Positions 17,894-29,260 of a DNA stretch of 64,000 bases are shown piece after piece. This stretch comes from Candidatus Methylacidiphilales bacterium. GTDB lineage: Bacteria > Verrucomicrobiota > Verrucomicrobiia > Methylacidiphilales > JAAUTS01. The translations under genes were made by a program, and so were the position numbers. Where the stretch lies: NCBI GenBank assembly GCA_038250235.1, contig JBBSCO010000003.1, positions 18,761 through 82,760 of the forward strand. Direction: 5' to 3'. How positions within the stretch are numbered: position 1 is the stretch's first letter; each line of letters starts with the position of its first letter. The notes beneath the pieces were generated by a model that had not been told where the DNA came from, made no database searches, and saw only the letters and a program-made list of their open reading frames with translations.

Positions 17894-20794
17894 TTGATCC
17901 CCCACGAACCACAGTTCATCCGCATCAGCGGGGCACGGCAGCACAACCTGAAAAATATTTCAGTCTCCCTGCCTCGTAATCAGCTTGTCGTTATCACGGG
18001 ACCATCCGGTTCGGGCAAATCCTCCCTCGCCTTCGACACCCTTTTTGCCGAAGGCCAGCGGCGCTACATGCAGAGCCTGTCTTCCTACGTGAGACAATTT
18101 CTGGACCAAATGGAAAAACCGGATGTGGATTTCATCGAAGGCCTTTCCCCGACAGTTGCCATTGAACAGCAAAGCTCCAGCACCAATCCCCGTTCCACCA
18201 TCGCCACCGTCACGGAAATCTACGATTATCTCCGCGTTCTATATGCCAGTTGTGGCCAGCCACATCATCCCCTGACAGGTCGATCCCTGAAAAAGCGAAG
18301 CCTTCAGGAGATCACCGACCAGGTCATGGATCATCCCGCTTCGGACCGTTTCATGATTCTTGCTCCTGTTGTGCAGAAGCAGAAGGGCGAGTTCCGTGAC
18401 GTTCTGGAAAAATTAAAGAAAGACGGCTACCTGCGGGTGCGGGTGGACGGAACCATCCATTCCCTGGATCAACCGCCCAGACTGGATCCCAAAAAAATCC
18501 ACACTATTGAGGTCGTGGTGGATCGCCTGAAGATTTCACCCGAGGGCCGGACCCGCACGGCGGAATCGATCGAGCTGGGATTGAAGTTGGGAGACGGTCT
18601 GATCCGCATCGTCTGGATGGGTGAAGGCGATGCCCTTTCTTCCGAGTGGCCGCTGAGCAATCAGAACTTCGATCCTGAAACCGGTTACCATTTTCCGGTT
18701 CTGGAGGCCCGCCATTTTTCATTCAACAGTCCCTTAGGTGCCTGTCCAACCTGTGGCGGCACGGGAACACACCTGCTCCCGGACGCCGACCTGATCGTGG
18801 TGGATAAAGATCTGACTCTGGATGAGCAACCACTCGGTCCCTGGCGCCGTGCCCCCAAACGGATGGCAGGTTATTACAAGGGCATTTTGCGGGATCTGGC
18901 CCGACATGCCGGAGTCCCAATAACCACCCCGTGGAGGGATGTTCCCGCAAATTTCCGGGATTTGGTCATGGATGGTTCCGGCGGGGAGGATCTGGACTTC
19001 CAGGTGATGAAGGCAGGCCGTCTGACCACACAATCCAAACCCTTCGACGGCCTGCTTCATTTCGTACAGAATCTTTACGATACAAGTGACAGCCCGCTGA
19101 CCCGGCACCGCATGGCAGCATTCATGGGCAAAAGCACCTGCCCCGGCTGCAACGGTAAACGACTGAAAAAGGAAGTTCTGGCTGTAACCCTTGGAGAAAA
19201 CACCCGTCCCCCAGCACCCAACATCGACGACTTCTGCCGCTGGACGATCACGGAGGCATCTGATTTTCTTAAATCACACCAATGGTCAAAAATCCAGGGC
19301 AGCATCGTCAAAGAGCTCCTGCAGGAAATCCAGTCGAGATTGAATTTCCTGAAAGATGTTGGCCTGGGCTATCTGAGTCTGAACCGGGAAACGGGAACCC
19401 TGTCAGGAGGTGAAATCCAGCGCATACGCCTGGCCACCCAGATCGGTTCAGGCCTGACCGGGGTGCTTTATGTGTTGGACGAACCCAGCATCGGTCTGCA
19501 CCAGCGCGACAATGAGCGGCTGATCGCGACGCTGGAACGCCTCAGGGACATGGGTAACTCGGTGGTCGTGGTGGAGCATGATGAAGACACCATGGAGCGG
19601 GCCGACTATCTGGTGGACATGGGCCCTGGTGCGGGAGTTCAGGGAGGCAGGATCGTGGCGGAAGGAACAGCCCAAGAAGTAAAGGATCACCCTCTTTCCC
19701 TGACAGGCCGCTACCTCTCAGGCAGGCTGGGCATCCCGCTGCCGCGCAAACGAAAGGCTCCGCAAGGTGAATGGCTGGAAGTGATCGGAGCCAGAGAAAA
19801 CAATCTGAAAAACATTTCCGCCCGGATTCCCATCGGCTGCTTTACCTGTGTCACAGGTGTGAGCGGTTCCGGGAAAAGCACCCTGATCAACGACATTCTC
19901 AGCCGCGCCCTCTTCCGGACTTTTTATCAGGCCAAGGAAAGGCCCGGCCAGTATGACCGGATCGAGGGACTTAAATACCTGGACAAGGTCGTGACCATCG
20001 ACCAGTCCGCGATCGGGCGCACCCCACGCTCCAATCCCGCAACCTATGTCGGCGCTTTTGACGCCATTCGCGATCTTTACGCCCAGCTGCCGGCTTCGCG
20101 GATCCGCGGTTACCCCAAGGGCCGCTTCAGCTTCAATACCGCAGGAGGCCGTTGCGAACACTGTGAAGGGGACGGTTCCAAAAAAATCGAGATGCATTTC
20201 CTTCCCGATGTTTATGTGCCCTGCGAAGTCTGCAAAGGGAAACGTTTCAACCGCGAAACATTGGAGGTCACCTTCAAAAGCAAAAACATCGCCGATATCC
20301 TGGATCTCACCGTGCATGAAGCTCTGAATTTGTTCAAAAGTGTCCCTACTATTTCAGGAAAATTGGAAACACTGGCCAAAGTCGGACTGGGCTATCTGAC
20401 TCTGGGGCAGTCCGCTACCACGCTTTCGGGAGGGGAAGCCCAACGGATTAAATTGGCTGCGGAATTGACGAAGCGGGCCACAGGCCGCACATGCTACATT
20501 CTGGACGAGCCAACAACCGGCCTGCATTTTGTTGATATTGAAGAACTTCTGAAAGTTCTCTTCCAACTTCGCGACCAAGGGAACACCGTCATTGTAATTG
20601 AACACCATTTGGACGTCATTAAATCTGCGGACTATATTATTGATCTCGGTCCGGAAGGGGGCGAGAATGGAGGACGTATTCTTGTTTCCGGAACTCCGGA
20701 AGAGGTAGCAGCATTTCAAGGTAGTCATACGGGAAGTTTTTTGGTAAAAAAGCTCGCAACTAAATATGGTAAAGGCACTTCCATCACAAGTTAA
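17894..20794 (+). CDS. uvrA: Excinuclease ABC subunit A
   Basis: GARQHNLKN, two Walker A motifs GxSGSGKS, LSGGE signatures; start TTG 17894 behind TTTACA-16-TAAGCT. Confidence 0.98.
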   Translation: MIPHEPQFIRISGARQHNLKNISVSLPRNQLVVITGPSGSGKSSLAFDTLFAEGQRRYMQSLSSYVRQFLDQMEKPDVDFIEGLSPTVAIEQQSSSTNPRSTIATVTEIYDYLRVLYASCGQPHHPLTGRSLKKRSLQEITDQVMDHPASDRFMILAPVVQKQKGEFRDVLEKLKKDGYLRVRVDGTIHSLDQPPRLDPKKIHTIEVVVDRLKISPEGRTRTAESIELGLKLGDGLIRIVWMGEGDALSSEWPLSNQNFDPETGYHFPVLEARHFSFNSPLGACPTCGGTGTHLLPDADLIVVDKDLTLDEQPLGPWRRAPKRMAGYYKGILRDLARHAGVPITTPWRDVPANFRDLVMDGSGGEDLDFQVMKAGRLTTQSKPFDGLLHFVQNLYDTSDSPLTRHRMAAFMGKSTCPGCNGKRLKKEVLAVTLGENTRPPAPNIDDFCRWTITEASDFLKSHQWSKIQGSIVKELLQEIQSRLNFLKDVGLGYLSLNRETGTLSGGEIQRIRLATQIGSGLTGVLYVLDEPSIGLHQRDNERLIATLERLRDMGNSVVVVEHDEDTMERADYLVDMGPGAGVQGGRIVAEGTAQEVKDHPLSLTGRYLSGRLGIPLPRKRKAPQGEWLEVIGARENNLKNISARIPIGCFTCVTGVSGSGKSTLINDILSRALFRTFYQAKERPGQYDRIEGLKYLDKVVTIDQSAIGRTPRSNPATYVGAFDAIRDLYAQLPASRIRGYPKGRFSFNTAGGRCEHCEGDGSKKIEMHFLPDVYVPCEVCKGKRFNRETLEVTFKSKNIADILDLTVHEALNLFKSVPTISGKLETLAKVGLGYLTLGQSATTLSGGEAQRIKLAAELTKRATGRTCYILDEPTTGLHFVDIEELLKVLFQLRDQGNTVIVIEHHLDVIKSADYIIDLGPEGGENGGRILVSGTPEEVAAFQGSHTGSFLVKKLATKYGKGTSITS

Positions 20795-23360
20795 CTCCTT
20801 TCACACAAAAGGATTCATCAAGGCTCCCTGCCTGAACAGGACTCTGGTGCATGTGCTGCTGCTGCTGCTGGCCATCGGACTCGTTTCCTCAGCCCAAGCC
20901 AAGCCCGGCGAAGGAGAGAAGAAGGCCCTGACCGTTGCCCAAAAAGCCTTTCAGGACTCCCAATATGACGTTGCCGCAATCAAGTTGCAGGATTTCCTGA
21001 AAGCCTATCCAAAAAGCGAATCGGCTGCGGAAGCTACCCTGCTGCTGGGTCAAAGCTTCTTTTTTCAGGACAACAAGGACAAGGCACTGGACATTTTCCA
21101 AAATAGTCCGGCCACAACCACTGAAGAACTGAAGGGGGACTTTGCGTTCTGGAAAGCGGAAACCCTGCTGATCCAGGAAAAATGGGATGCCGCAGTGGAA
21201 AGCTACCGCGCTTTCGTTAAATTATATCCGGGAAACAGCCACCTGAATGAAGCCCTGCTGCATCTCAGCGGTGCCCTCTTGGGCAATGGCAAACCGGAGG
21301 AGGCCAAAGAGGTTCTGCTACCCCTCATGGCCCTGAAAACTACCGACAAGCAACGCCATCCCGCCGTTCTCCAACAGGCCCGTATTCTGGCTTCGACCGG
21401 CAACTATGCCGAAGCCGGAAGCCTGTTGATTATGCTATTGAACGAAAAGCTGGAGCGCAGTGTGCTTTATCCGGCAGCCTATCTGGCCGGAGAAGTCAAT
21501 CTACAGGCCAAAGAGTTCAACGATGCCCAAAAGAATTTCCGTCTGATCACCAATGATAGCCGGGCCTATCCAAAAAGTCTCGTTGCCAAAGCCTGGCTGG
21601 GAAATGGCGCTGCTTTCGAAGGAGAACAAAAATGGGGCCAGGCAGCGGAAGCCTACGAAAAAGCCCTCGCCTTTTCTGACGATCCTGCACTGGTGGAAAG
21701 CTCCGTGATACGTTTTTTGAGTGCCCATACCAAAGCCTCGACCCTGGCCCAGGGAACGTTGAAAGTCCGGCAGATGGCGAGAAATCCCAAAGAAAAAATC
21801 GGTGCCCTGGGATTTTATGCCATCGGGAAATTTTATTTTGACGCCAAGAATTACGATGCGGCCATTTCCGAAATGGACAATTTCATCAGCAGCAATCCCG
21901 ACTCCAACTGGGTTCCTACAGCGCAACTCCTGATCGCTGACTCTCTCTACCAGAAAAAAGACACTGCCGCCGCCGTCACCGCTTTTAACGAACTGGTCAA
22001 ACAAAAGAAAAACAAAGAAGCTTCCCTTCAGGCCAGACTGCGGCTGGCCGAAATCAGCTATGCTGAAGGGGATTTTCCGGGAGCAGCGGAGAACTTTCTG
22101 GCCGCCTCCCAATCGGATGCCGGCAATCTGGCAGAAGGTGCATGGTTCCGCGGTTTGATTTCCCTGGCAAAAGGGGGGAATCTGGAAGAGTTCAAAAAAC
22201 AATTCAAACTGTTCGGCGACAAATTCCCGGGCAGCCCCAGAAAGAATGAACTGCTCCTGGAGCAGGCGGCCTTGTTAGACCAATCAGGAAAAGGTGCCGA
22301 AGCGCGGAAAATCTATGAAACCGTGGCGGCAGAGTCGGCAGACAACAAAGCCGAAGCCCTGCTCCGCCTGGGTCGTTCCGCCATCCAGGCGCCTGTGGAC
22401 TATGAAAAAGCCATCCAAACCCTGACGGCCTTGGAAAAAGACTACCCGGACTATCCACATCTTGACCAAGCCGTTTCCATGCGGATCAGAGCCCAGGTGG
22501 AAAACCTCCAATTCAAAGACAAAGAAGCCGAGGGAAGGAAGGAATATCAGAAATTTATTACCCGTTTCCCTGATTCACCGGAAATTCCACAGATCACGCT
22601 GCAGTTGGCCCAGTCCTATTCCAATGAAGGAAACCATGCCGAAGCCCAGGTACGCTTCGAAAAACTGGCCGCCGATTTCCCCAAAGCCAAAAACAACATT
22701 GCCGACTTTGCCCTCTACTCAGCAGGAAGAAGTGCCATGGCCCAGAGCGAATTCAAGCAAGCCGTCGCCATTCTTGAAAAAATCCCGCAGGATTCCCCCT
22801 TTAAAACGCCCGCGCGGCTGGCTCAGGTCCGTTGTTACATGTTTCAAAACAACTACCTCGACGCCATCCGGATCTGTGATTCCATTCTTCTGAACAGGAA
22901 AGAGGACGACGCGTGGGTGGAGGCTTCCATCCGCAAAGCCAATTGCCTTTACACTCTCGCGGCGGAAGATACCCAAAAATATCTTCTTGCCCTGGAGGTG
23001 ACCTCCAAAGTTTTTGCTTCCAAGGAGGCCGCAGTCCACCAGCGCAATGAGGCCGGTCATTTGAAAGGCGCCATTCTTCAAAAATTGAACCGCGGCAGCG
23101 AAGCCATGGAAGCATACCTTGATGTGGTTTACAGCCAGGTTCTGCCGACCGAAATCACCGGACAGACGCAACATCCTGAGTTTTACTGGTTTATCAAGTC
23201 CGGCCAAGCAGCCGCCAGCATGCGCGAAGACAAAGGGGATGTTCGCGGAGCAGTTGAAATTTACCATATCCTGGAAAGGCTTGGGGATCCAAACCGAGAG
23301 GAATTCCGCCGTAAAATCGAATCACTTAGGTCAAAAAACTTCCTTTACGAAGAATCATAA
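20766..23360 (+). CDS. Exported TPR-repeat protein (BamD/YfiO-like repeats)
   Basis: Signal peptide, many TPRs with (Y/F)P.S turns. Confidence 0.88.
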   Translation: MVKALPSQVNSFHTKGFIKAPCLNRTLVHVLLLLLAIGLVSSAQAKPGEGEKKALTVAQKAFQDSQYDVAAIKLQDFLKAYPKSESAAEATLLLGQSFFFQDNKDKALDIFQNSPATTTEELKGDFAFWKAETLLIQEKWDAAVESYRAFVKLYPGNSHLNEALLHLSGALLGNGKPEEAKEVLLPLMALKTTDKQRHPAVLQQARILASTGNYAEAGSLLIMLLNEKLERSVLYPAAYLAGEVNLQAKEFNDAQKNFRLITNDSRAYPKSLVAKAWLGNGAAFEGEQKWGQAAEAYEKALAFSDDPALVESSVIRFLSAHTKASTLAQGTLKVRQMARNPKEKIGALGFYAIGKFYFDAKNYDAAISEMDNFISSNPDSNWVPTAQLLIADSLYQKKDTAAAVTAFNELVKQKKNKEASLQARLRLAEISYAEGDFPGAAENFLAASQSDAGNLAEGAWFRGLISLAKGGNLEEFKKQFKLFGDKFPGSPRKNELLLEQAALLDQSGKGAEARKIYETVAAESADNKAEALLRLGRSAIQAPVDYEKAIQTLTALEKDYPDYPHLDQAVSMRIRAQVENLQFKDKEAEGRKEYQKFITRFPDSPEIPQITLQLAQSYSNEGNHAEAQVRFEKLAADFPKAKNNIADFALYSAGRSAMAQSEFKQAVAILEKIPQDSPFKTPARLAQVRCYMFQNNYLDAIRICDSILLNRKEDDAWVEASIRKANCLYTLAAEDTQKYLLALEVTSKVFASKEAAVHQRNEAGHLKGAILQKLNRGSEAMEAYLDVVYSQVLPTEITGQTQHPEFYWFIKSGQAAASMREDKGDVRGAVEIYHILERLGDPNREEFRRKIESLRSKNFLYEES

Positions 23361-23426
23361 CGATTACTTTCATCGACCATAAGGCGATCTCATTGACTTG
23401 CCTCAAGGCTCTTTTATACTAAGGAA

Positions 23427-23936
23427 GTGGAAGATTCATCAATCCTGGTAGGTCAGGAAGGGCAAACGGGAACCGCCCGGGTTATCGGGAAGGGTTCTTT
23501 TAAGAACGCCCGACACCTCGCCAAATATGTTGAGAAGGCCTCGCAGGCTGGCATGAGGGATCTTGTCATCGACCTTCAGGATTGCATTCACATGGACAGC
23601 ACCTTCATGGGGGTTATGGCAGGACTCGCTGCCGGACGACGTAAGGAAACTCTTTCCACCACCCGGGTCATTAACACCAACGCCCGCAACCTTGAACTTC
23701 TTCAAACTCTGGGTCTGGATCGTATTCTGTCTATCGAAGCCAATGCGCCTGCGTCCTCTTCTGGGGATTTCAAACCCCTTGACCATGCCGACACTGAGGA
23801 CAAGCAGGAGGTCGCGCAGACTATGCTCCAGGCCCACCAAAACCTGGTGGATCTTGACTCCCAAAATGCAGCCAAATTCCAGGATGTGTTGGTTTATTTA
23901 AAAGATAAACTCGGGATCAGTGACTCCGCCAGATGA
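23427..23936 (+). CDS. STAS anti-sigma-factor antagonist
   Basis: VIDLQDCIHMDSTFMG (phospho-Ser motif), LQTLGLDRIL. Confidence 0.9.
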   Translation: MEDSSILVGQEGQTGTARVIGKGSFKNARHLAKYVEKASQAGMRDLVIDLQDCIHMDSTFMGVMAGLAAGRRKETLSTTRVINTNARNLELLQTLGLDRILSIEANAPASSSGDFKPLDHADTEDKQEVAQTMLQAHQNLVDLDSQNAAKFQDVLVYLKDKLGISDSAR

Positions 23937-25404
23937 AGTCCGCCCACGCTTTGGCTCCCCCGATGATACCATGATTTTCATTGTCACGTTCTTTATTGCC
24001 CTGATTGTTTATTTGTCATGGGAACTGAAACGTTCCCGCGATGAAAAGGATAATCAGGCCCGGATCTTCACCAAACTTCAGGAAGAAAAAAAAGTCATTT
24101 TTGATCTGCTTAACGATCTGGGCGAAGCCTTTTCCGAAGAAGTCGACCGGCGCCAACTGCTCAAAATCATCCTGGACTCCAGTATTAGCGTCACCGGGGC
24201 GCGAGGTGGCGTGGTCTACCTCCTCAATCCCCCGAAAAACCAACTGTTGGCCGAAGCCGTCTGCGGCATGTTTCCTCCCCCTCTGCCCCTGCCGCGTGAA
24301 GCCGAGAGCAAGATCGTAACCCGGGAGGAATACCTGGAAACAGTTCTCCGCAATGAAGCCATCCCGGTCCAATCAGAGAATATTCTGATCCAGGCACTGC
24401 AGGATGAAAAAGGGTTTCTCCTCGAAGACACAACCGAGGACAACCGTTTTCCGGCTTTTGAAGAACCCACCCTCCGGGTAAAAAGCTACATCGCCATCCC
24501 CTTGAGGTATCGTTCGGAAAAATACGGCGTCCTGGCCCTGGCCAATCCCGTTCATGAAGGCGGTTTCAGTACAAATGATTTCGATATTGCACGCTCCATT
24601 GCCTACCAGGCCTCATTCTACCTTCATAATGCCACCGTGTTCAGTCAATTGGCAGAAAAACAACGTCTGGACCGGGATTTGGAGGCCGCCCATGAAATCC
24701 AGCGCATTCTGCTGCCGGAAAAATGCCCGACCATTCAAGGCTATGAAATCGCAGCCATGAACATTCCCGCCCAGCATGTGAGCGGTGATTACTACGACTT
24801 TGTCAACGTTGACGAAAATCGTGTCGGGATCGCCATCGCGGACGTTTCCGGAAAAGGTGTTCCTGCATCCCTGATCATGGCCATGTGCCGCACAGTACTA
24901 AAAAACCAGGCCGCCGGTCGCCACTCGGCGGCCGATGTGCTCCGCCATGTCAACAGCATCCTATATCCGGATATCCGCGAAGACATGTTCATCACGATGG
25001 CCTATGCAGTGCTGGACTTCAAAAATCATACCCTGACCCTGGCCAAAGCCGGTCATGACGCGCCCTTGATCTACCAGGCAGGCGATGTCCCGATCCAAAG
25101 CCTGCAGGCCCCGGGAATCGCGCTCGGCATTGACAGCGGTGAAGTCTTCGATACGGTAGTTTCTGATCTGGTCATTTCTCTCAAACCGGAAGATACCGTC
25201 CTGATGTACACGGACGGCATCAATGAAGCGGTGGATGCCGAAGGGCTGGAATTTGGCAAGGAACAGATCAAAAGTGCCATGAAAGCCGGCGCACCCGGCG
25301 GAGCGGCCTACCTCATCCAGAATGTGGTTGAACGTGTTTGCCGTTTCCGCGGCGAACAGGAACAAAATGACGATATCACTCTGGTAACCATCAAAAGAAA
25401 ATGA
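23920..25404 (+). CDS. TM-GAF-SpoIIE (PP2C) phosphatase, RsbU-like
   Basis: GAF region; VSGDYYD, IADVSGKG, YTDGINEA, DDIT. Confidence 0.92.
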   Translation: MTPPDEVRPRFGSPDDTMIFIVTFFIALIVYLSWELKRSRDEKDNQARIFTKLQEEKKVIFDLLNDLGEAFSEEVDRRQLLKIILDSSISVTGARGGVVYLLNPPKNQLLAEAVCGMFPPPLPLPREAESKIVTREEYLETVLRNEAIPVQSENILIQALQDEKGFLLEDTTEDNRFPAFEEPTLRVKSYIAIPLRYRSEKYGVLALANPVHEGGFSTNDFDIARSIAYQASFYLHNATVFSQLAEKQRLDRDLEAAHEIQRILLPEKCPTIQGYEIAAMNIPAQHVSGDYYDFVNVDENRVGIAIADVSGKGVPASLIMAMCRTVLKNQAAGRHSAADVLRHVNSILYPDIREDMFITMAYAVLDFKNHTLTLAKAGHDAPLIYQAGDVPIQSLQAPGIALGIDSGEVFDTVVSDLVISLKPEDTVLMYTDGINEAVDAEGLEFGKEQIKSAMKAGAPGGAAYLIQNVVERVCRFRGEQEQNDDITLVTIKRK

Positions 25405-25958
25405 AAAAAACAGAGAACGACAACGAAACAGCTTCCATGAATGGACCCATGGAAAACAGCGAGCCGGTAGGGGAAGCCGGACCGGATACTGAAACCCAGA
25501 TCGCCCAACTTCAGGAAAAGCTGCTCCGTCTTCAGGCAGACTTCGATAATTACCGCAAACGGATCGCACGGGAAAAAGAGGATTCCATCCGCTTTGCCAA
25601 CGAAGGTCTGCTTGAACAATTGCTGCCAGTCATTGATAATTTTGAATTGGGCTTAAGTGCAGCTGAAACAGCCACGGACGCAAAATCAATCGCCATGGGC
25701 ATGCAGATGGTGAAATCCCAGCTCAAACGTTTCTTGGAAGACTGTGGCGTGCAGGAAATCAATGCCACAGGAGCCCTGTTCGACCCCAACCTGCACGAAG
25801 CCGTTTCCCAGGAACCATCCACTGAAGTGCCGGACGGAACCGTGCTGGCCCAGCGGCGTAAAGGTTACAAGCTCCGAGACCGCCTTCTGCGCCCCGCCAT
25901 CGTCGTGGTCGCCCACACCCCCGCAGCGGAAGCGGCCACAGAACCATTCAGCTCCTGA
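25401..25958 (+). CDS. grpE: Nucleotide exchange factor GrpE
   Basis: RLQADFDNYRKR, LLPVIDNFE, FDPNLHEA, GYKL.DRLLRPA. Confidence 0.97.
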   Translation: MKKTENDNETASMNGPMENSEPVGEAGPDTETQIAQLQEKLLRLQADFDNYRKRIAREKEDSIRFANEGLLEQLLPVIDNFELGLSAAETATDAKSIAMGMQMVKSQLKRFLEDCGVQEINATGALFDPNLHEAVSQEPSTEVPDGTVLAQRRKGYKLRDRLLRPAIVVVAHTPAAEAATEPFSS

Positions 25959-25982
25959 TTGCCCCCATCCAGGAAAGTCCAC

Positions 25983-27137
25983 ATGAGCACTCAAAAAACC
26001 CGGCGCGATTACTATGAAATTCTTGGAGTGGCCAAGGCAGCCAGCGAGGATGAAATCAAAAAAGCTTACCGCAAGATGGCGATTAAACTCCATCCCGATA
26101 AGAATCCGGGCAACAAGGAAGCTGAAGAGCAGTTCAAAGAACTGGGTGAAGCCTACGAAGTGGTCAGTGATCCGGACAAACGGGCCGCCTACGACCGCTA
26201 CGGACACCAGGCCTTCAAGCAGGGTGGTGCCGGCTCAGCCGGCGGAGGATTCCACGATCCGTTTGATGTTTTCCGCGAAGTCTTCGGGTCCGGTGGAGGG
26301 AATGTTTTCGGGGATATTTTTGAGCAGGCCTTCAACGGTGGCGGCGGTGGCTCCTCCCGCCAGGGCCGGGGATCGGATCTCCGCTACGATCTGGAAATCA
26401 CACTGGAAGAAGCCGTGCGGGGCTGCGAAAAAGAAATATCCCTGCGCAAGTTCGAAGAATGTGATTCCTGCTCTGGATCCGGTGCTGCTGCCGGCTCCAA
26501 AAGCTCAACCTGCGGCACCTGCCGGGGTGCCGGACAGGTTGCTGTTTCACGCGGATTTTTCTCCATGGCCCAGACCTGCCCTACCTGCCGGGGCACAGGC
26601 GTCATCATTGAAAAACCCTGCACCAAGTGCCACGGCGAAGGCCGCTCAGAAAAAACGTCCAAAATCAAAATCCGCATACCGGCCGGGGTCGATTCCGGCT
26701 CACGGCTTCGGTCTTCCAGCCAAGGTGAGGCAGGAACCCGTGGAGGGCCTTCTGGAGACCTGTATATCGTCGTCCACGTCAAAGAACATGCAGTCTTTGC
26801 CCGGCAGGAATCGGATCTCTACTGTGAGGTTCCTATCAGCTTCGCCAAAGCGGCCCTGGGCGGGGAATTAACCGTTCCAACATTGGAAGGCAAAGCTTCC
26901 GTCAAAGTCCCGGCTGGCACACAAACAGGAAAACTGTTCCGCTTACGGGGAAAAGGTGTTCCAGATTTGCGGGGTCATCATGCCGGTGATCTAAACATCC
27001 GGCTGATCGTGGAAGTCCCAACCAAACTGAATTCGGAACAGAAAAAGAAACTGGAGGAATTCGCCGAACTTTGTAACGACGAAACCCATCCTGATTCGAA
27101 ATCGTTTTTTGAAAAAGCCAAAGAGTTCTTCACTTAG
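25983..27137 (+). CDS. dnaJ: Chaperone DnaJ
   Basis: J-domain HPD, G/F region, four CxxCxGxG repeats. Confidence 0.98.
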   Translation: MSTQKTRRDYYEILGVAKAASEDEIKKAYRKMAIKLHPDKNPGNKEAEEQFKELGEAYEVVSDPDKRAAYDRYGHQAFKQGGAGSAGGGFHDPFDVFREVFGSGGGNVFGDIFEQAFNGGGGGSSRQGRGSDLRYDLEITLEEAVRGCEKEISLRKFEECDSCSGSGAAAGSKSSTCGTCRGAGQVAVSRGFFSMAQTCPTCRGTGVIIEKPCTKCHGEGRSEKTSKIKIRIPAGVDSGSRLRSSSQGEAGTRGGPSGDLYIVVHVKEHAVFARQESDLYCEVPISFAKAALGGELTVPTLEGKASVKVPAGTQTGKLFRLRGKGVPDLRGHHAGDLNIRLIVEVPTKLNSEQKKKLEEFAELCNDETHPDSKSFFEKAKEFFT

Positions 27138-27152
27138 GAACATCCAATCTCA

Positions 27153-27893
27153 ATGTCCATTCCCCGTTTTTATTGCCCTTCTCTCACTGACAACATTCTA
27201 AACGCCGAGGAATCGCACCATGCACTCAGCGTGCTCCGCCTCAAGGAAGGGGATTCTCTGAGCCTTTTTGACGGAAAAGGAACCGAAGCCAAAGCAAGGG
27301 TGGTTCAATCCGGGCGGGCTCCCCTACAATTCAAAATCATCACCCAGTCACGTAATCCTCCCCCAAATTTCCATCTCATCCTCGGCCAGGCCATCCCCAA
27401 AGGAAAGTCCATGGATTTTATCATCCAAAAAAGCACGGAGTTGGGAGTTGCCACTATCGCACCCATTTTGTCGGATCGCAGTGTGGTTCAGTTGGATGAG
27501 GATCGTAATGAATCCAAACAACAAAAATGGAGCCAAACCGCTCTGGAGGCCTGCAAACAATGCGGACAGAATTTTCTGCCTCAAATCGGGCCAGCCCGCA
27601 AACTGGTTGATTTTCTTGAACACTACCGGAAATCACCCGCCCTCAAGCTCATCGCCTCCCTCCAGCCGGGGGCAAAACTTTTGCGCAGCACCTTGGCAGC
27701 GGCCAAACTAAACGGGGCAGATACCGGGGAAGTGATTTACCTGATCGGTCCCGAGGGAGATTTCACCCCCGCCGAAATAGGTTTGGCTCTGAGCGCGGGC
27801 TATCTACCTGTCAGCCTGGGACCCAACATTCTGAGAACAGAAACCGCAACTCTTTTCCTCACGAGCGCACTCCTTTACGAATTTCAATCCTGA
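27153..27893 (+). CDS. rsmE: 16S rRNA m3U1498 methyltransferase
   Basis: HHALSVLRL, QKSTELGV, IGPEGDF, LGPNILRTETA. Confidence 0.96.
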   Translation: MSIPRFYCPSLTDNILNAEESHHALSVLRLKEGDSLSLFDGKGTEAKARVVQSGRAPLQFKIITQSRNPPPNFHLILGQAIPKGKSMDFIIQKSTELGVATIAPILSDRSVVQLDEDRNESKQQKWSQTALEACKQCGQNFLPQIGPARKLVDFLEHYRKSPALKLIASLQPGAKLLRSTLAAAKLNGADTGEVIYLIGPEGDFTPAEIGLALSAGYLPVSLGPNILRTETATLFLTSALLYEFQS

Positions 27894-27918
27894 CAGGCCT
27901 GGTCATACGGACCGGGAT

Positions 27919-28401
27919 TCAGGCCTCAGCTTTAACCCAGCGCTCAATCCGGTAACCCTCCGCCACCTCGACTATTTCCCCCGGAGTTAAAAAATCCTCA
28001 AAGGCTGGCAAGGTGGTATCGCCCTCGTATTCCGCATGAACGCGGGTAAGCAAAAGCTCGTCGCAGAGAGGGAAAAACTGGCGGTAGACCTCGGCACCAC
28101 CGCAGACAAAGACCAGTGGTATCTCGAGTTGACGGACTTCCTCAACGTTCCTGAGTAGGCGTATCCCTTCCTGCGGCGACAGAGTGCTGCTCAGGATCAG
28201 ATTGATGCGATTGGGAAGGGGGCGGCCCAGACCCTCATAGGTCGTTTTTCCGAACAAAATGGCGTGTCCCATCGTGGTTCGTTTAAAAAACTTTAAATCC
28301 CCCGGCAGATGCCAGGGAAGTTTTCCGTCTTTGCCAATCACCCTGTTTTCCGCCATGGCGGCAATAGCCACCAGCTTCGGACCGTTTCCTGGGGGATTCA
28401 T
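27919..28401 (-). CDS. folA: Dihydrofolate reductase
   Basis: [37 protein letters not shown]. Confidence 0.96.
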   Translation of the reverse strand: MNPPGNGPKLVAIAAMAENRVIGKDGKLPWHLPGDLKFFKRTTMGHAILFGKTTYEGLGRPLPNRINLILSSTLSPQEGIRLLRNVEEVRQLEIPLVFVCGGAEVYRQFFPLCDELLLTRVHAEYEGDTTLPAFEDFLTPGEIVEVAEGYRIERWVKAEA

Positions 28402-29210
28402 ACGGCGATCGGGGCCTTGATGCCAGGATGCGGATCATAACCGCTCAATGTGAAATCCTCATACTGAAAAGCAAAAAGATCGGTCACGGCCGGATTCAAT
28501 GTCATTTTCGGGAATGGCCTTGAATCCCTGCCAAGTTGGAGTTTGAGCTGTGCCTCATGATTCAGATAGACATGGGCATCGCCGAAGGTATGGACAAATT
28601 CCCCAGGCTCATAACCTGTCACCTGCGCCATCATCATGGTTAAAAGGGCATAGGAGGCAATATTGAAGGGAACACCGAGAAAAACATCCGCACTGCGCTG
28701 ATAGAGCTGGCAGTTGAGTTCTTTTTTGTCCGGATCCACGTAAAACTGGAAAAGGGCATGGCAGGGTGTGAGTGCCATCCGATCCAGTTCTCCGGCGTTC
28801 CAGGCATTGACGATGAGACGGCGGCTCCATGGATCCTTGCGGATCGTATCGAGCACATTTTGGATCTGATTAACCACGCCTCCGTCCGGGTTTCTCCATC
28901 TGACCCATTGCGCCCCGTAAATAGGGCCCAGATCCCCTTTTTCGTCCGCCCACTCATTCCAGATGGAGACCCCGTTTTGCTTGAGATAGGTCACGTTGGT
29001 ATCGCCATTGAGAAACCAGAGGAGCTCGTAAATGACGGACTTCAAATGCACTTTTTTTGTAGTGATGAGCGGAAAGGATCCGCGCAGGTCAAAACGAAGC
29101 TGTGCTCCAAATATTGAACGGGTCCCGACACCGGTGCGGTCACGGCGTTCGCTTCCGTTTTCCCACACATGGCGCAGCAGATCCTCATAGGTTTGAAGGG
29201 ATTGACTCAT
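28398..29210 (-). CDS. thyA: Thymidylate synthase
   Basis: [34 protein letters not shown]. Confidence 0.98.
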   Translation of the reverse strand: MSQSLQTYEDLLRHVWENGSERRDRTGVGTRSIFGAQLRFDLRGSFPLITTKKVHLKSVIYELLWFLNGDTNVTYLKQNGVSIWNEWADEKGDLGPIYGAQWVRWRNPDGGVVNQIQNVLDTIRKDPWSRRLIVNAWNAGELDRMALTPCHALFQFYVDPDKKELNCQLYQRSADVFLGVPFNIASYALLTMMMAQVTGYEPGEFVHTFGDAHVYLNHEAQLKLQLGRDSRPFPKMTLNPAVTDLFAFQYEDFTLSGYDPHPGIKAPIAV

Positions 29211-29260
29211 GCGTATTAGGGAATTAAACAGGCAAACAGACAAAGCGCAAGAGATCGCAC

